This document shows, piece by piece, positions 61,697 through 64,000 of a stretch of 64,000 bases of DNA; positions within the stretch are counted from its first letter, which is position 1, and every line of letters begins with the position of its first letter. The position numbers were made by a program, and so were the translations under genes. The notes beneath the pieces were generated by a model. The model made no database searches, had not been told where the DNA came from, and saw only the letters and a program-made list of their open reading frames with translations. Origin of the DNA: Prorocentrum cordatum (Eukaryota); contig CAUYUJ010000093.1 of assembly GCA_963575745.1 (NCBI GenBank), forward strand, positions 1-64,000. The letters run 5' to 3'.

Positions 61697-63790
61697 CAAC
61701 ACAGGTTTCGTGGTCCCATAGGGAGCTCCTCCGAAAGCCCCAATGGCAAGGTTCGTATGCGTCCCCCCGCACCATACCGTCACAACTCTCACACGTTTCG
61801 TGCCCCCCCATAAAACGGGCTAGTCCGAAGGCCCCAGTGGTAGGGTCCGCATGCGTCCCTCCGCTCCATGTCGGCAAATCTCTACCACGTTTCGTGGCCC
61901 CATAGGGAGCTCCTCCGAATGCCTCAGTAGCAAAAGTCGCATGCGTCCCTCCGCACCATTTCGGCACACCCGTCACACGTTTCGTGGCCCCAGAGGGGGC
62001 CCCTCCAAAGGCCCTAGTGGCAAAGTTCGCACGCGTCCCTCCGCACCATGTTGGCACACCCCTCGCACGTTCCGTGGCCCCGTAGGGAGCTCCTGCGAAG
62101 GCCCCAATTCCATAGTTCACTTGCGTCCCTCCGTCCCATGTCGGCAAACACCTCACACATTCCGTGGTCCCCCCCCCCCACAAGGGAGCTCCTCCGAAGG
62201 CCCCAGTGGCAGGCTTCGCGTGCGGTCCCCCGTGCCATTTTGGCACGCCCTTCACACGGTTCGTTGCCCCATAGGGAGCCCCTCCGAAGGCTGCAATGGC
62301 AGGGTTCACATGGTCCTCCCCGTATCTTGTCGGCACACCCCACACACACACACGTTTCGTGGTCCCATAAGGGGCTCGTCCGAAGGCCACACTGGCAGGG
62401 CTCGCATGCGTCTCCCGCATCTTTTCGGCACACCCGTCACACGTTTTGTGGCCCCATGAGGAGCTCCTCCGGATGCCCCAGTGGCAGGGTTGACGTGCGT
62501 CGGCTCGCCCGATTTCGGCACATTCCTCCCACGCTTCGTGGCCCCATAGGGAGCTCCTCCGACGCACAAGTGGCAGGGCTCGCATGCACCACCCCGTCCC
62601 GCGCTGGTTGGTGGCACGCCCTGACTCTGGAGCGGTCGCACAACATAAAGTGGCTACTCGGCAGACGTGTACGTGTGCGGTGCCGCGTGTAAGTTTACCG
62701 CATCGAGCGGCAGCGTTGGAAACCGACCCGTAGCAACCCCAATGGCGCTCGATGGGCAACGCGGTGCCCCCGCGCCCCCGCTGTCAAGCCTCCTCCGGGC
62801 GACGATCGGCAGAGACCCCGCCACGGCCCAGGCTCCGCAGCTGCGGGCACCCACGGAGACCGTCCGGCAGCCACGCAGCGAGAGGACTCCTGCGACGTGT
62901 CCGCTCGTCACCGAGTCGCCGTCTCGATCCAAACGCGGTGAGGTCGCGGTGGGGAGGTCCAGGCGATGATTTTTGGCAGGGTGGGGAGCCGCTGAAAGCC
63001 TGTGCCCAGAGGCCTCGGGAGGCTGGGAAGGTTGGGCGCGGTGGGGGCGCGGTGGAGGGGCCCCCGCGAAGAGTTTGCAGGGTGGGGGGGTCCCTTTCCA
63101 ACTCCTCCTCCTCCTCCTCCTCCTCCTCCTCCTCCTCCATATCCTTCCTTGTCATTAGTGCCGCAGGGGCGATCCTGGGGGCGACCGCCGCGACCGTGGA
63201 CCTTTGCGGACCGTGCCGCTGGCCGCTCCAAGGAGCCCGGCGGCGGCAGCGGGCGGCGGTGCGAGACCCTGCTCCCGCCGCCGAGGTCGAGGGGGCACTC
63301 TTGCGGTGCTGCCTTTGGTGAGGTCGTTCGTTGGCGACGGCCCACTCGTATGAGTCATCGAACATCGACGCACGGTGCCGCGTGGTGCCTACGCCCCTTA
63401 CACGCTTCGTGCTCCTGTAGGGAGCTCCTGCGAAGACTCCAGTGGCAAGGTTCACGTGCGAGCCCCTGCACCATGTCGGCACACCCCTCACACGCTTCGT
63501 GGCTCCATGGGGAGTCCCCCCCCCGAAGGCCTCAGAGGGATGGTCCACATGCGCCCCCCCGCACTTTTTTGGCACACCCGTCGCGCGTTCGTGTCCCAAT
63601 CACAGTGAGCTCCACCAAAGGCCTCAGTGACAGGGTTCGCATATGCCCCCCAGCCCCATGTCGGCACACCCCTGGCACGCTTCGCGGCCTCAGAAGGAGC
63701 TCCACCGAAGGCCCCAGTGGGAGGGTCCATAATCGTCGTCCCGCCCCATTCTGGCACACTCCTCACACGTTTCGTGGCGCCTTAGGGAGC
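61697..63790. repeat. ~90-bp degenerate tandem repeat, interrupted at ~62600-63390
   Basis: CACACGTTTCGTGGCCCCATAGGGAGCTCCTCCGAAGGCCCCAGTGGCA recurs about every 90 bp. Confidence 0.9.
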
Positions 63791-64000
63791 GCTACTGGGG
63801 ACGACCTTCACACCTGTGTAACTCACAAATGCACATGGTTGGGTCTTTCGTCGGGAAAACTTACATCGGTGCGAGAGCCGAGACTTCCACTGGAGTCGTG
63901 CAACGGACCCTGGAAGGGGAGGATAACAAGGTACACCCGTATCCTGCGACCCCACTACCGCCTGTCCGGGGAAGGAGGGAGGAAGACGCGAACGGAGCTG

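Noticed and set aside
59436..63790. 151-bp and ~90-bp arrays as CRISPR arrays
   Set aside because: The whole unit is repeated, there are no unique spacers, no cas genes are present and the context is eukaryotic.

Overview
Repeat-dense, GC-rich eukaryotic DNA. Short candidate exons with GC donors, MAPKK-type starts and the repeat families suggest a dinoflagellate (Prorocentrum-like); this is inference. Most ORFs in the track are artefacts of microsatellites and low-complexity repeats. The main feature is a near-intact ~16.4-kb non-LTR (LINE) retrotransposon on the minus strand (37753-54152), embedded in a (GA)n/(TC)n microsatellite. It encodes an ORF1-like protein, then ~7.5 kb of cargo coding sequence, then EEP endonuclease, RT, CCHC zinc finger and RNase H. 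The cargo has signal/TM-like segments, an HGT-type ADP-ribosyltransferase-like domain, and SH3-like, Cys-rich and ubiquitin-like modules. All its ORFs can be joined into one frame by one UGA readthrough plus three 1-nt shifts. The element also carries at least 12 copies of one RNA hairpin (bulged C, G-N-C/G-N'-C upper stem, UUYA loop, variable covarying lower stem), all in sense orientation and in all three reading frames, suggesting a dispersed protein-binding/packaging code. Also present: a decayed Copia-like element with a possible methyltransferase-like insert, a decayed second LINE, 152-, 151- and ~90-bp satellites, several MITE-like families, long microsatellites and probable small host exons on the minus strand.
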